A DNA stretch of 62,932 bases, filler included, from Octopus bimaculoides (GCF_001194135.2; 8 parts of 8 records of this genome joined end to end with filler, not necessarily neighbours in it), one strand, 5' to 3'; shown: positions 11,744-24,798, counted from the whole stretch's first letter. The notes: a model not told the origin generated them from the sequence alone. Program-made: numbers and translations.

Positions 11744-12025
11744 GTATATTAGCATGTATGTATTTGTGTTTGTGTATGACTGTATGGGGAGTAGGAGGAG
11801 AGAGTGAGAGACAGTAGGAGGAAGAGGAGGAAAAAGTCAGCTGAATTGTCGTTACTAAACCCCACACACACACACACATACACATACGCTGTGGATGTAT
11901 ATATATATGTGTGTGTGTGTGTGTGTGGTCTATATATGTACATTGTGTGCATGTCATGTGAAATTTCATAGTCTGCCGAAAGTAGGTCAACTTGTATTTC
12001 TCGTCAGTGTGTACAGATAGATATA

Positions 12026-12190
12026 TGCAGGCGTAGCTGTGTGGTGAGAAGTTTGCTCCTCAAGCATGTAGTTCTTGGTTCAAACCCCATAGCATAGCAC
12101 CTTGGGTAGGTGACTTCTACTATGGCCTCGGGCCGACCAGAGTCTTCTGAGTGCATTTCATTGATGGAAACCGAAAGAAGCCTGTCGTAT
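12026..12190 (+). mobile_element. SINE family A, left half
   Basis: GCAGGCGTAGCTGTGTGGTGAGAAG...GGTTCAAACCC...GGAAACCGAAAGAAGCCTGTCGTATAT. Confidence 0.8.
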
Positions 12191-13039
12191 ATGTGTGTGT
12201 GCATGCATGCATGTGTGCTTTGGTTGGCCTGAGGCTATAGTAGAAGACACTTGCCAAAGGTGCCGTATACATATATATATTTATATGTACATATATATAA
12301 ATATATGTATTTATATGTGTGTGTGTGTGTATATTTATGTGTATANNNNNNNNNNNNNNNNNNNNNNNNNNNNNNNNNNNNNNNNNNNNNNNNNNNNNNN
12401 NNNNNNNNNNNNNNNNNNNNNNNNNNNNNNNNNNNNNNNNNNNNNNNNNNNNNNNNNNNNNNNNNNNNNNNNNNNNNNNNNNNNNNNNNNNNNNNNNNNN
12501 NNNNNNNNNNNNNNNNNNNNNNNNNNNNNNNNNNNNNNNNNNNNNNNNNNNNNNNNNNNNNNNNNNNNNNNNNNNNNNNNNNNNNNNNNNNNNNNNNNNN
12601 NNNNNNNNNNNNNNNNNNNNNNNNNNNNNNNNNNNNNNNNNNNNNNNNNNNNNNNNNNNNNNNNNNNNNNNNNNNNNNNNNNNNNNNNNNNNNNNNNNNN
12701 NNNNNNNNNNNNNNNNNNNNNNNNNNNNNNNNNNNNNNNNNNNNNNNNNNNNNNNNNNNNNNNNNNNNNNNNNNNNNNNNNNNNNNNNNNNNNNNNNNNN
12801 NNNNNNNNNNNNNNNNNNNNNNNNNNNNNNNNNNNNNNNNNNNNNNNNNNNNNNNNNNNNNNNNNNNNNNNNNNNNNNNNNNNNNNNNNNNNNNNNNNNN
12901 NNNNNNNNNNNNNNNNNNNNNNNNNNNNNNNNNNNNNNNNNNNNNNNNNNNNNNNNNNNNNNNNNNNNNNNNNNNNNNNNNNNNNNNNNNNNNNNNNNNN
13001 NNNNNNNNNNNNNNNNNNNNNNNNNNNNNNNNNNNNNNN

Positions 13040-13093
<54 letters not shown>

Positions 13094-14631
13094 GTATTTA
13101 TATATATATATTTGTATGTGTGTATTTATGTGTATATATATAAATATGTATTTACATAGATGTATATATGATGGTCTTCTTACAGTTTCCATCTCCCAAA
13201 TCGTCTCACAAGTCTTTGGTTGGCCCAATATTATAGTAGAAGACACTAGTCCAATGTGCCGCACAGCGGAACTGAACCTAAAGCCATGGGGTTGGAAAGG
13301 ATATGGCTCAGTGGTTAGGGTGCTGTACGCATGACCTGAGATTGTGGGTTTGATTCTTGAATCAGGCGGCATGCTCTTGAGCAAAATACTTCATTTCCCC
13401 ATTGCTCTGAAGCCTTGTGGGGACTGACTTGTCAAAGACTAGACCCAGCATTTCCTCTGCTTATCCTAAAAGGTGATTAAAAGAGGTTGAGGCAGGATTT
13501 GTCCTCTGACCTCGTAAAACCCTCAACAGCAATAACTTCCCAAACGGACCCATGCGTTTGGAGGGTTGTCGCCCGAGCGGGGCATCAGTTGTAGGGAATC
13601 ACCAACAGATGGCAGGTGCAGTGAGACGCTGTTAAGGCACTGGTCCCCGTTCTAGAACTAATACTTACTATCGTTTATTCTTTTACTTGTTTCAGCTGTT
13701 AGACTGTGGCCATGCTGGGGCACTGCTTTGAAGTCTTTTAGTCAAACAAATTGGCACCGGGACTTATTCCTTAAGGCCCACTACTTATACTTTTGCTAAG
13801 CTGTTAAGTTATAGGGACGTAAATATGCCGACACCGGTTGTTAAGCTGTGTTGGGGGACAAGCACAGACATAGACGCATAGATATATATACTTATGTATA
13901 CCTCCATACGCACGCACTGGCGTATGGAGGTGCTACCTCACCCAGTGCCACCAAATTTCAAGCTGGAGTATAACAAAGGTTTTCCATTAAGATTTGTGAT
14001 TAAATTAATGAGTAACGTCAATATTTATAATGAAGTTGCCACTTTCGACAGGTGTTCAGCACACACCTGGCACACATGTAATATACGTCCCTGATATACA
14101 TACATACACATATATATGTACTTGACAGGCTTATTTCAGTTTCCGTCTATCAGATCCATTCACAAGGCTTTGGTCAACCTAAGGCTATAGTGGAAGACAC
14201 TTCCCCAAGGTGCCACACAGTGGGACTGAACCGGGTACCTCGTGGTTGGGAAGTAAGCTTTTTACCACTCAGCCACACCTCTTACCTATCACCTTTAAAA
14301 TAACCATCTCGCTTGTATTGTTTTGATGGCAGACTTGGAAATTCCGAGTGTTCATTGAGCATGCCATTTCATTTCTCTTCTCTTTTTTTGTTTTTCTCTC
14401 CTCTGCCTTAGTCTTTACCTCCTCCCCCTCTCTCTCGCTCCCTCCCTCCCTCTCTTCAAATATTCATTTCAATCATTTGACTGTTGCTTTGTTTTTGTTT
14501 TTTCCTTCAAATTTTATTTTCACTTCCTTGTTTGTCTATTTATAAATATCTGTCTGTGTCAGCAGCTCTGTCATTTGCCATTTGAACAACACTCTTCATT
14601 TCATGTAACTCTGTTACTACTATTACTGCTA

Positions 14632-15145
14632 TTATTATTGAGTGAGAGGGCAGTGCATGCCATCAAAGTGACCCTGGGGTACAAATACACAAAGCCCAGT
14701 ATACCCACCATGACTACCCGTCTGATAAGGGGACACCAGGCACATGCAGCACAACTGTATGTGCAGCACAATGACCTCATATCAAGATGAACAGCACATG
14801 ACCTCGCAGGTGGGGCCCAGTTAGAATTTTTTTCAGGTCGAGTAGCCCATCCTGCTCAAAAGGTCTCTGAATAAGTTTTGTTTCAAAGATGCTGAGCAAA
14901 ACACCCATGTTTCCAGAGGTGAATTATCCAAACCCCAAAGAATTCCTCTCAGCACATGGCTATGATGCTCCCCGTCTACTTCTGCTCATGATCAGGGATG
15001 TACATATCGTCAGCCACTTAGGGACATGCTCAACTAGTTAAGGTCAAACAACTGACAAGCAAGTCTGTGGTATTAAGCAGAATATTTGCAGTAGCCCATC
15101 TTTTTATACCAAGACGAAACAATGTACATGGTAACACTTCCAATC
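14632..15145. mobile_element. Interspersed repeat of unassigned class; inverted copy at ~17585-17945
   Basis: (ATT)n-GAGTGAGAGGGCAGTGCATGCC...GGTCGAGTAGCCCA...CTACTTCTGCTCATGATCAG. The reverse complement of the same motifs lies at 17585-17945. Confidence 0.75.
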
Positions 15146-15189
15146 AGTTAAGATCTTCATCATCATTATTTTTCATATACACTCAACAG

Positions 15190-15365
15190 ATTAGACTGTT
15201 GGAAAAGAAAAGAACCCTCTAATCGGGCTACAACAAGTAACCTTAGATGCCAAGAAACCTCCTAGGTATCCGAGCTGTCCCTAATAACACTTTTTTCTGC
15301 AGCTGTACTAAACTGGGTGTTATGCCTGTTTCTTCTATTCAGCCGTACAGACCTTTAGGGATTGT
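15190..15365 (-). mobile_element. R4/Dong-like non-LTR retrotransposon extreme 3' fragment
   Basis: Minus strand: TIPKGLYG*IEETGITPSLVQLQKKVLLGTARIPRRFLGI*, similar to the LQKxxLLGTARILRxVL terminus of restriction-like-endonuclease LINEs. Confidence 0.7.
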
Positions 15366-15769
15366 CATCATCATCATTATTATTGTTATTATTATTACTA
15401 TTATTATTGTTATTTCTTTTTCCAGGATGCACCTCCTTCCAGACATTTGGAGATGTGAGTACCTGTTTCTGTTTACGACCAAATTTTGGTGCCATCAGGC
15501 ATGTGTTGTTGAGGTGTGCGTGTGTGTGTGTGTATGAATGTGCATATGTACATTTAAGATTATGGAAAAAAATTATGGATAAAAAGGAAAACAACCCAAC
15601 CAAAGCAGATCAATATCTTTGAATAAAGTGTAAGAAGCTGGCCTGTCAATCCTGTCAATCCTGTCAATCAGGTTCCCAGACTTCAGTGCAGCAGACATTG
15701 ACATTGGCAGCCAGGGAGAATGGAAGTGCTACGACCATACCTGGGACAGGTCTGCTGTTACACAATCAC

Positions 15770-16028
15770 ACACTCCGTCGAGGGTTCCAGTTGATCCGAT
15801 CAACGAAACAGCCTGCTCGTGAAATTAACGTGCAAGTGGCTGAGCACCCCACAGACACGTGTACAGCAAGAGTACAGCAGGGTTTGCCACCATCCCCTGC
15901 CGGAGCCTCGTGGAGCTTTTAGGTGTTTTCACTTAATAAACACTCACAACGCCCGGTCTGGGAATCGAAACCACGATCCTACGACCGGGAGTCCGCTGCC
16001 CTAACCACTGGTCCATTGTGCCTCCACA
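15770..16028 (-). mobile_element. tRNA-derived SINE family C, partial
   Basis: Reverse complement of the GGAGGCGCAATGGCCCAGTGGTTAGGGCAGCGGACTC head and CACGTTAATTTCACGAGCAGGCTG body; compare 46851-47214. Confidence 0.85.
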
Positions 16029-17222
16029 CAATCACACACACAAACACATATGCACAAACACACACACACATACATCCTAGACCGTATTTCAATGTTGCTC
16101 ACACAGCTGTGTGTTGTGTGGGAGAGACAGCAGCCCCGCCTCAGACATGTGAGCAGTACTGCAATATGGTCTACAATGTCTCTGTGCTTGTACGACATCA
16201 GATTAATTAATTCTACAGTAATCCCCCAGTCATTCATGACCAAAGCGGCCCTTTACCCTTTACCCTTTGCCCCGTGGAGAGGAGAGGCTGGTATGCATGA
16301 GCGACTGCTGGTCTTCCATAAAACCATCTTGCCTGGACTTGTGTCTCGGAGGGGGACTTTCTCGGTTCAACCCCATTCTCATTCATGACCAAAAGGCATC
16401 TTTACTCTTTACCTTTATTGAAGGTGAATGGGGGTTGATTTAATCGACTTATCCCCTTCCCCTAAATTTTAGGCCTTGTGCCTTCAGTAGAAAGGATTAT
16501 TATTATTATTATCAAAGTGTTGAGCTGGCAAAATCATTAGCATATTGGACAAAATGCCTAACGATATTTCACCTGTTGCTTCTTTTTTGAGTTCAAATTC
16601 CACCAAGGTTGACTTTGCTTTTCATCCTTTCAGGGTCGATAAATTAAGTCCCAGTTGCATACTGAAGTTGATGTCATTGACTCGTCTCCTCCCCCAAAAT
16701 TTCAGGCATTGTGCCTTCAGTAAAAAGGATTATTATTATTATTATTATTATTATTAGTTCAAGGTGAGGACTCATGGCTCAGTGGTTAGGGCGTTGCACT
16801 CAGGATTGCAATGTTGTTGTTTCAGTTCCTAGATCTGGTGGTGCATTGTGTTCTTGAGCAAAACACCTCAGCTCGCATTGCACTGTAATCACTTCAACAC
16901 CTGACGCATGTCAACCTGTTCAGGTAAATATGGATTTGATGGAAAGAGTGAGCTTAATGTACAGAGTGACCATTTGTGCAGGTCCTTCAGCAAACGCTGA
17001 ACGCTCATGCATTGTCTTTGACGGGAGAAGAGTTCAGGATGATTACGATTCAGGCAGGAAGCTGGAAGCATCGTTAGTATGCCAGGTGAAATATTTTAGC
17101 AGCTAATCATCTGTTTTTACAATCTGAGTTCAAATTCCACCAAGGACCAGTTGTACCCTGGGGTTGGTAATAATCAATTTACTCCCTCCCCCGAAATTAA
17201 AATCATCATCATCATTATTATA

Positions 17223-17270
<48 letters not shown>

Positions 17271-17274
17271 TTAG

Positions 17275-17392
17275 GAATGGTGATATGGAGACTGTTGAAT
17301 TGTCTGATGAGACGGTCAATCCCGGTCAGCACAAAGTTGGTCCACAAGACTTCCAGCTTCTACGAGTTCTTGGCAAAGGAGGTTATGGAAAG
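17275..17392 (+). CDS. S6K: p70 ribosomal S6 kinase, internal exon (Gly-rich loop)
   Basis: ttag|G...AAG|gtaagt, 118 nt. NGDMETVELSDETVNPGQHKVGPQDFQLLRVLGKGGYGK contains the S6K motif LLRVLGKGGYGK. Confidence 0.96.
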
Positions 17393-18711
17393 GTAAGTGA
17401 TATCTCCCGTATCCAACATGGAGGACATGGGTGCAGTGTAGTCTAGACCAGGGTTTGAACTCTGCTCACAGGGAAGAGAATAGAATGAAGAGTACTGATT
17501 GATGCTATCCCCTCTTTCTTTCTTTCTTTCTTTCCCTCTCTCCCCCACTCAGTGGTGGAAGGAGGAAAGACATTTAGCATTTAAGCTGGTCATTATCTGT
17601 TTTCTGTTCAAACTGATCACAAGCAGAAGTAGTGGGGGAACATGATAGCCATGTGTTGAGAGGAATTCTTTGAGGTTTGGATAATTCACCTCTGAGAACC
17701 TGGGTGTTTCATTCAACATCCTTAAACAACCCTTATTCAGGGACCTTTTGAGCGGGGTGGGCTACTCGACCTGAAGAAAATTCTAACTGCACTCCACCTG
17801 CAAGGTCATGCACTGTTTATCTCGGTATAAAAAATCACCATGTTGCGCACATATGGTTGTGATGCATGGGCCTGCCGTACCCCAGTGTCAGTTTGATAGC
17901 ATGGCATGCACTGCTCTCTCACTCAATAATAATAATAATAATAATAATAATCCTTTTTGCTGGGGGCAGAAAGCCTGGAATTTTGGCAAAAGACGCTAGT
18001 TGATTGCAGTGACCCCTAACAGTGCTCAAGTGATAATTATTTCAGTAACCATAAAAAGGATGAAGGGTGAAATTGATTTTGACCAAACAAATATAATACA
18101 AACACAAAAACATACAAAAAAAAGAAAGGATGCAATAAGAAATATCTTTGAAGAAATTGGAGAAAAAAGAGAAAAAGAAATAAGGAAAGAAGTGAAAAAT
18201 GTCGACTGAAATTGGGATTCTAGGAAAGCTCTTACATGACCAACACTGGGGAAAGTTGAAGAAAGGGGAAATCATTCCAGCATTGGATGAGACAAACTCA
18301 GAACTCAGAAGAAATTGAAGGTTTCCTGATTGCATTACAGGAATATAACATAGAGAAAACAGCAGGTATGTGGGTTACTTTCAGTGCAAAGAAAACCATA
18401 GCACTATCCGTATCCAAGGTACATAGAGCTGTACTCAGTAGGGCAGTGAAAGCTTGCAATAAAAATAATATTATTGAAGAATAATGATAATAATTCTTTC
18501 TATTGGAGGAGTCTAGTTCATTACATCGACCCCAAAAGGATGAAAGGCAAAGGTGACTCAGAATTTGAACTCAGAACATAAAGACGGATGAAATGCTGCT
18601 AAGTATTTTGTCCTTCGTGCTATCAATTCTGCCAGCTCACTGCCTTAAATGACAACAATAACAATAACAATAATATTAAATAGAAACTCTTTTTGTCATT
18701 TATGTTAACAG

Positions 18712-18780
18712 GTTTTCCAAGTGCGTAAAGTGTCGGGAGATGACAAAAGTCAGATCTTTGCAATGAAGGTACTTAAAAAG
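18712..18780 (+). CDS. S6K: S6 kinase exon (catalytic Lys)
   Basis: acag|...AAG|gtttgt, 69 nt, in frame. VFQVRKVSGDDKSQIFAMKVLKK. Confidence 0.96.
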
Positions 18781-19253
18781 GTTTGTAGTGGTCACTGCTT
18801 CTTTCTTTCATCTTTTCTTTTCAGAATCCATTTTCATTATTGTCAGCATCACGAGTGTTTCTGTTACATGAACCAGTGAGGGAGTTTGTATGGAATCATT
18901 TGCTCCTTACTCAATGTAATAAACCAAACCTCTCCCTCAGCAAACTCCTTCCTATCTTTAAAATAAGGACCACATGAACCAGTGAGGGAGCTTCTATGTA
19001 ATCGCTTGACCCTTGCTCAATGTAACAACTAAATCACCTCTTAATAAACTCCTTACTGTCTTTTAAAATAGGGACCATATAAACCAGTGGGGGAGCTTAT
19101 ATTTTTTCACTTATAACTAAATTTTTCCTTCCATTTGTCCTGCCTTTAGGATAGGGGTCAGTGGAATGTACAATAAAAGCACCTACCTTTCTGTCAACAA
19201 ATTCAACAGAGACATTGTGTTTGATGCCCATGTTATTCTATATATTTCTCCAG

Positions 19254-19325
19254 GCCACAATAGCAAGAAATGCAAAGGACACTGCTCACACAAGAGCAGA
19301 AAGAAACATACTGGAAGCCGTCAAG
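19254..19325 (+). CDS. S6K: S6 kinase exon (alpha-C helix)
   Basis: ccag|...AAG|gtacgc, 72 nt. ATIARNAKDTAHTRAERNILEAVK. Confidence 0.96.
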
Positions 19326-19630
19326 GTACGCGTGTTATTCTTTACTTCTTTCTCTTTCCTCATTTTACTTTAGTTTCTCACCGCTTCACTTGTCCTCCAT
19401 CTTTCATTCCTAATACTGTCCTCTCCACCTGCATGTTACACTGATCATCCATATGAGCCACGAAGTTATCTCCCCTTCTCTACCCTCATACACGTCTCAC
19501 TCTTTCCATTCATAATGCTTGCCTCTTGCAATTTTTTTTCTTCAGTTTATTATCCATTTCTTTAAGTAATTCAATAAATTTTGTGTTCAATAGAAAATTA
19601 CTTTTATAAACTATAGAAATTATTTGCTGC

Positions 19631-19669
<39 letters not shown>

Positions 19670-19910
19670 CACACACACGCGCACACACACATAAACACAC
19701 ACACACAGTGGGTTTCTTTCAGTTCCTGTCTACAACATAGTTCTGTGATTGAACCCAGAACCATACTTCTTAACACACAGCCACGCTTGTGTCTATGATG
19801 TGTATGTATGCATGTTTACACACATGTCTAGACACCTCAGTAGATCTGCCCCATGTCTACCATGTGTCACTTCACTCATGTGTCATTTGTGTTTTTTTTT
19901 TCTTTTGTAG

Positions 19911-20045
<135 letters not shown>

Positions 20046-20254
20046 TGAGTATACATATACACACATACATCCCCTCCCACCACCACTACCATATATATAT
20101 ATATGTGTGTGTATGTGCATATAGGTGGTGAGAGGTGCGAATCGACCCCAGTATTTATTTTCTAAGCCTGGTATTTAATCTGTTGGTCTATTTTGCCGAA
20201 CCGCTAAGTTATGAGGATGCAAACACACCAACACCAGTTGTCCAGCTGTGGTGA

Positions 20255-20458
<204 letters not shown>

Positions 20459-20687
20459 TGAAGGTGCCACGCAGTGGGACTGAACCTGCAACCATGTGGT
20501 TGGGAAGCAAGCTTCTTACCGCACAGCCAAGTCTGTAGCTGCATAGTTTGGTGATCATAATTTTCATGTATTGTTTTTTTGTTTTTGTTTTTTCCCCCAA
20601 TGTTAATTCTGCTTTTGTGACCCCTTCAGTTTTGCCGAGAAGCCAACATTACTGTCAGGTTGCCTAACTTTGTGAACTGCTCTTTGA

Positions 20688-20789
<102 letters not shown>

Positions 20790-21067
20790 TAAGTATTCGA
20801 ATAGGCTGACAGGGGTGGAGATACACGTGTGTGTTGTGGTCGTGTGTAGGGATGTATGTATGCATATATGTAAATATGGGTATGGAAGTACGCATTGAAA
20901 TATATATGTATATAACAAAAATAAGAACGGATTAAATCACAGCTTTAATTGTAGAATTTCACTCTACAAAGCCGACGATCATTTCTGTTGAAGAAAATAT
21001 TATTCAAATCAATTCATCTGAAAATATGGATGTTAAGGCAATGTTATCAAGGTTGTCCTAGAGTGCT

Positions 21068-21436
21068 GGGGCCACTTAAAAAGCAGCCACTACACTCTCG
21101 GAGTGGTTGGTGTTTGGAAGGGCGTCCAGCTGTAGAAACTTTGCCAGATAAGACTGGAGCCTGGTGCAGCCTCCTGGCTTGCCAGCCCTCAGTCAAACCG
21201 TCCAACCCATGCTAGCATGGAAAGCAGACATTAAACAATGATGATAATGATATCATCATCATCGTTTAACGTCCGCTTTCCATGCTAGCATGGGTTGGAC
21301 GATTTGACTGAGGACTGGTGAAACCAGATGGCTACACCAGGCTCCAATCTGATTTGCCAGAGTTTCTACAGCTGGATGCCCTTCCTAATGCCAACCACTC
21401 CGAGAGTGTAGGGGATGCTTTTTACGTGCCACTGGC
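21068..21436. repeat. Tail-to-tail inverted pair of RTE-3'UTR-type repeats forming a ~370-bp near-palindrome within an S6K intron
   Basis: Left arm ...CTACACTCTCGGAGTGGTTGG...CATGCTAGCATGGAAAGCAGACATTAAAC; the right arm is its reverse complement. Centre TGATATCA at 21248-21255. Confidence 0.92.
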
Positions 21437-21566
21437 AAGAGGGCCTGTCAAGCGATACTGACATCGATCACACTTGAATGGTTGCTTTGTGGTCCACATT
21501 TCCTGCATAAGTTCCATGTTTTTCTGTGCTCATGTGTATGAATACATATCTTTGTTGTGCATTTAA

Positions 21567-21701
<135 letters not shown>

Positions 21702-22398
21702 TAATTATAATGCTCTGAACCATTGTTCATCCTATTGTCTTTGGTATTGGCCCAGAGTTTAGAGTGTTGGCATCCCAGTCATAAGCTCATGGTTTCAATT
21801 TCGGTACCAGTATTGAAACTGACCATACCTGGCCAAAATACTCTACTTGTTTTATGTTCAGTGAAGTCTATTTTTGGCGTTTCTTTTAAGCATGGTTTTC
21901 CTGGTATTATCTTTCTGAATTTCTCTGTTCCTTTCTTTCATACCTAAAGGGGACCCCTTGATAAGAGTTGACATGGTGGTTTTAGTTTTATCACATTGTG
22001 ACAACATCCATACTGAAGTCTTTCTACTTCTGGATTCTCTTGAGTTCTTTACTCTGAAAAATTGTTGTCTTCGGGGACAGCCATATTAATTAGGAGACAA
22101 TTTATTAATCATTGTCATCAATGTTATCATTGTCATTTAATGTCTGTTTTCTATGCTCGCATGGGTGGGACAGTTTGATATAGAGCTGGCCAGCCAGGGA
22201 GCTGTCCGGATTCCATGTATCTGTTGTGGCAAGGATTCTACAGCTGGATGCCCTTCCTAATGCCAACCTCTTTACAGAATGTGCCAAGTGCTTTTATACA
22301 TGCCACTGGCACAGGTGTGCTTATGCAGTACTGGCACAAGTGCACCTTATGTGGCACCTGCACCTGTAAAGGACAAGCCTGTATGTGGGGATGGCAGC

Positions 22399-22587
22399 AG
22401 ATCCTTTCTCAATGTAGCTCCTTTTTAAAGATCCTTTCTCAATGTAGCTCCTTTTTAAAGATCCTTTCTCAGTGTAGCTCCTTTTTAAAGATCCTTTCTC
22501 AGTGTAGCTCCTTTTTAAAGATCCTTTCTCAGTGTAGCTCCTTTTTAAAGATCCTTTCTCAGTGTAGCTCCTTTTTAAAGATCCTTT
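22399..22587. repeat. 30-bp minisatellite, about 6.3 copies, running into the scaffold end
   Basis: Unit AGATCCTTTCTCA(A/G)TGTAGCTCCTTTTTAA; the first two units carry A, later ones G. Confidence 0.97.
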
Positions 22588-22746
22588 NNNNNNNNNNNNN
22601 NNNNNNNNNNNNNNNNNNNNNNNNNNNNNNNTTAATTAATTAANNNNNNNNNNNNNNNNNNNNNNNNNNNNNNNNNNNNNNNNNNNNTATATGCACACAC
22701 ATACGTATATATGCATACATATATACACACGCATACACACACACAA

Positions 22747-22783
<37 letters not shown>

Positions 22784-23489
22784 TATGTATATAAATATTA
22801 ATAATCTTAATATATTTGAGTAATATGAAGCAGTCTAACGGATTACGAATTACGAATACAATATCCCCTAATTTGAACGTGAAAGAATTTGTTGATAACG
22901 GTTATTGTTAAAGAGAATTGTTAAAAAGTAGTTGGTAAAACATTTTAACAAAATGTCAATGAAAACACTTCTTTTATTGTTAAAATTATGAATATTAGTT
23001 ATAAACACATAAAATATTTCAAACTATTATGTAATTGAAAAAACTATTTCTTAAGAAAGATGTCAAGAAAGATTGTTGAAAAATGAATATTTAATAGGAA
23101 TTAATCTGTATATGTAATGAAATTTTAATTAGTATTAACAAGTGAATTCTTTCTATTTTGCACGATGTGAAAAAAACCGAATATATATATGAAACATACA
23201 TAAGGCCAAGGGTCAACTTATATGTATTTCCTATACATGTAATGTTTTCCCGTTTTATATAAAATAGCTTATAGTGGTACAAATTTTCATTGTATATTCA
23301 AATCATATACATATATCAACTTAATTGGAATTTTTTTGACAAGTACCTTAAGAATAAAGTTTTCATAACAAAATTATATTTAAAGTTTTATAAACCTTTA
23401 TCTTTAAAATTAAAATTTTTGAAATGAAATAATTAGGCGTAGGCCTGGCTTTCTCGTAAGACGTTTGCTTCCCAAACACATGGTTCCAG

Positions 23490-23645
23490 TACATTATTTA
23501 CATTATTTAAATTTGACGGATATTTGTCCTCATCTTTTTTGTTGTTAACACAACGTTTCGGCTGATATACCCTCCAGCTTCATCAGGTGTCTTGGAAAAA
23601 TTTCGAACCTGGCTTCTCATTCCTAAGGTATTTTTCGATGCTGTT
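23490..23645 (-). mobile_element. Penelope-like element terminal fragment containing a hammerhead-like motif
   Basis: Minus strand AAGACAC-CTGATGA-AGCTGGAGGGTATATCAGCC-GAAACGTT-GTGTT. CTGATGA...GAAAC in this arrangement is characteristic of Penelope pseudo-LTRs. Confidence 0.6.
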
Positions 23646-24798
23646 GTTATTTCACGTTGCTCCAGTTCACTCAGCTGTAGAAATGCGTTACGTTGTCACT
23701 GGTGGTGCCAAGCTGCATTAGCCTTTGCTTTTCCCTTGGATAACGTCAATGGCATGGAGAGGGGAGGCTGGTATGCATGAGCGACTGCTGGTCGTCAATA
23801 AACAACCTTGCCCGGATTAGTGCTTCGGAAGAGAACTTTCTAGGCGCAATCCAATGGTCATTCATGACCGAAGAAAGTAGGGAGGTCGCATGGCCTAGTG
23901 GTTAGACCGTGAGTTCAATTCCTAGACCGGGTGGTGTGTTATGTTTTTGAGCAAAACATTTCCCCTCACGTTGCTCTGCGAACACTCTGACACCTGACAC
24001 GTGGCACACAGTGCACCTTTTCTGACGACGTCGATTTGATGGAGGGAGTAAGTTGATGTGTGGAACGAACATTTGATCACTAGAAACAAATCATTTGTGC
24101 AGGTCTTTCGGCAAAAGCTATTTGCTCATATATCGTCTTCGACAGGAAAGTCCACCATACATACATATATATATATATACATAAATACATATATATACAT
24201 ATATATACATACATAAGTATATATGTATATACTAAAGAATAATATGCATGAACTATATAAAGAAACACCAGCAAAACTTAACGTATATAAGTGCAAACAC
24301 ACTCATATATATACACACACATATTCATATATCAAACAGTAGATATACATATAAACGAAAGAACATCTACAAAAATATGCTTGCATATTAAGACAAACGC
24401 TGCATACACATTCATACTCAACACATCGAAATGTTTGATCATTTATCCATACATAGATAATGAATATATACAGATATGCATGAAAATTTATATATCGTTA
24501 AATGCACATGCAGTAAATTATAATGATTTTGATTTATGCCCAGGTTTTTTCTTTCTTTCTTTCCTATCTTAATGTGGTGTTATTATTGATGAAGTTTCAA
24601 AATATCTCTGACAGTTTAACAGAGAAATTCATTTTTCAAACTCAGGTTTGGAAACAGATAATAAAATGCTCTTCCCTCGTTAATTCATTCTGCTTTCCAG
24701 TCTATGTACGCGCGTTCGCACACACCTACACACGCGCACACACCTATATATATATATANNNNNNNNNNACATACATATATATATATATATATATATAA

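Noticed and set aside
16248-16270. (TTTACCC)n as telomeric repeat
   Set aside because: Two or three copies only, forming the tail of a SINE body; not TTAGGG.
17303-17330. CTGATGA in the S6K exon as a hammerhead core
   Set aside because: No GAAA or helix II follows; explained by Ser-Asp-Glu codons. Other CTGAnGA hits (about 25503, 31805, 32627, 51349) also lack the second half.
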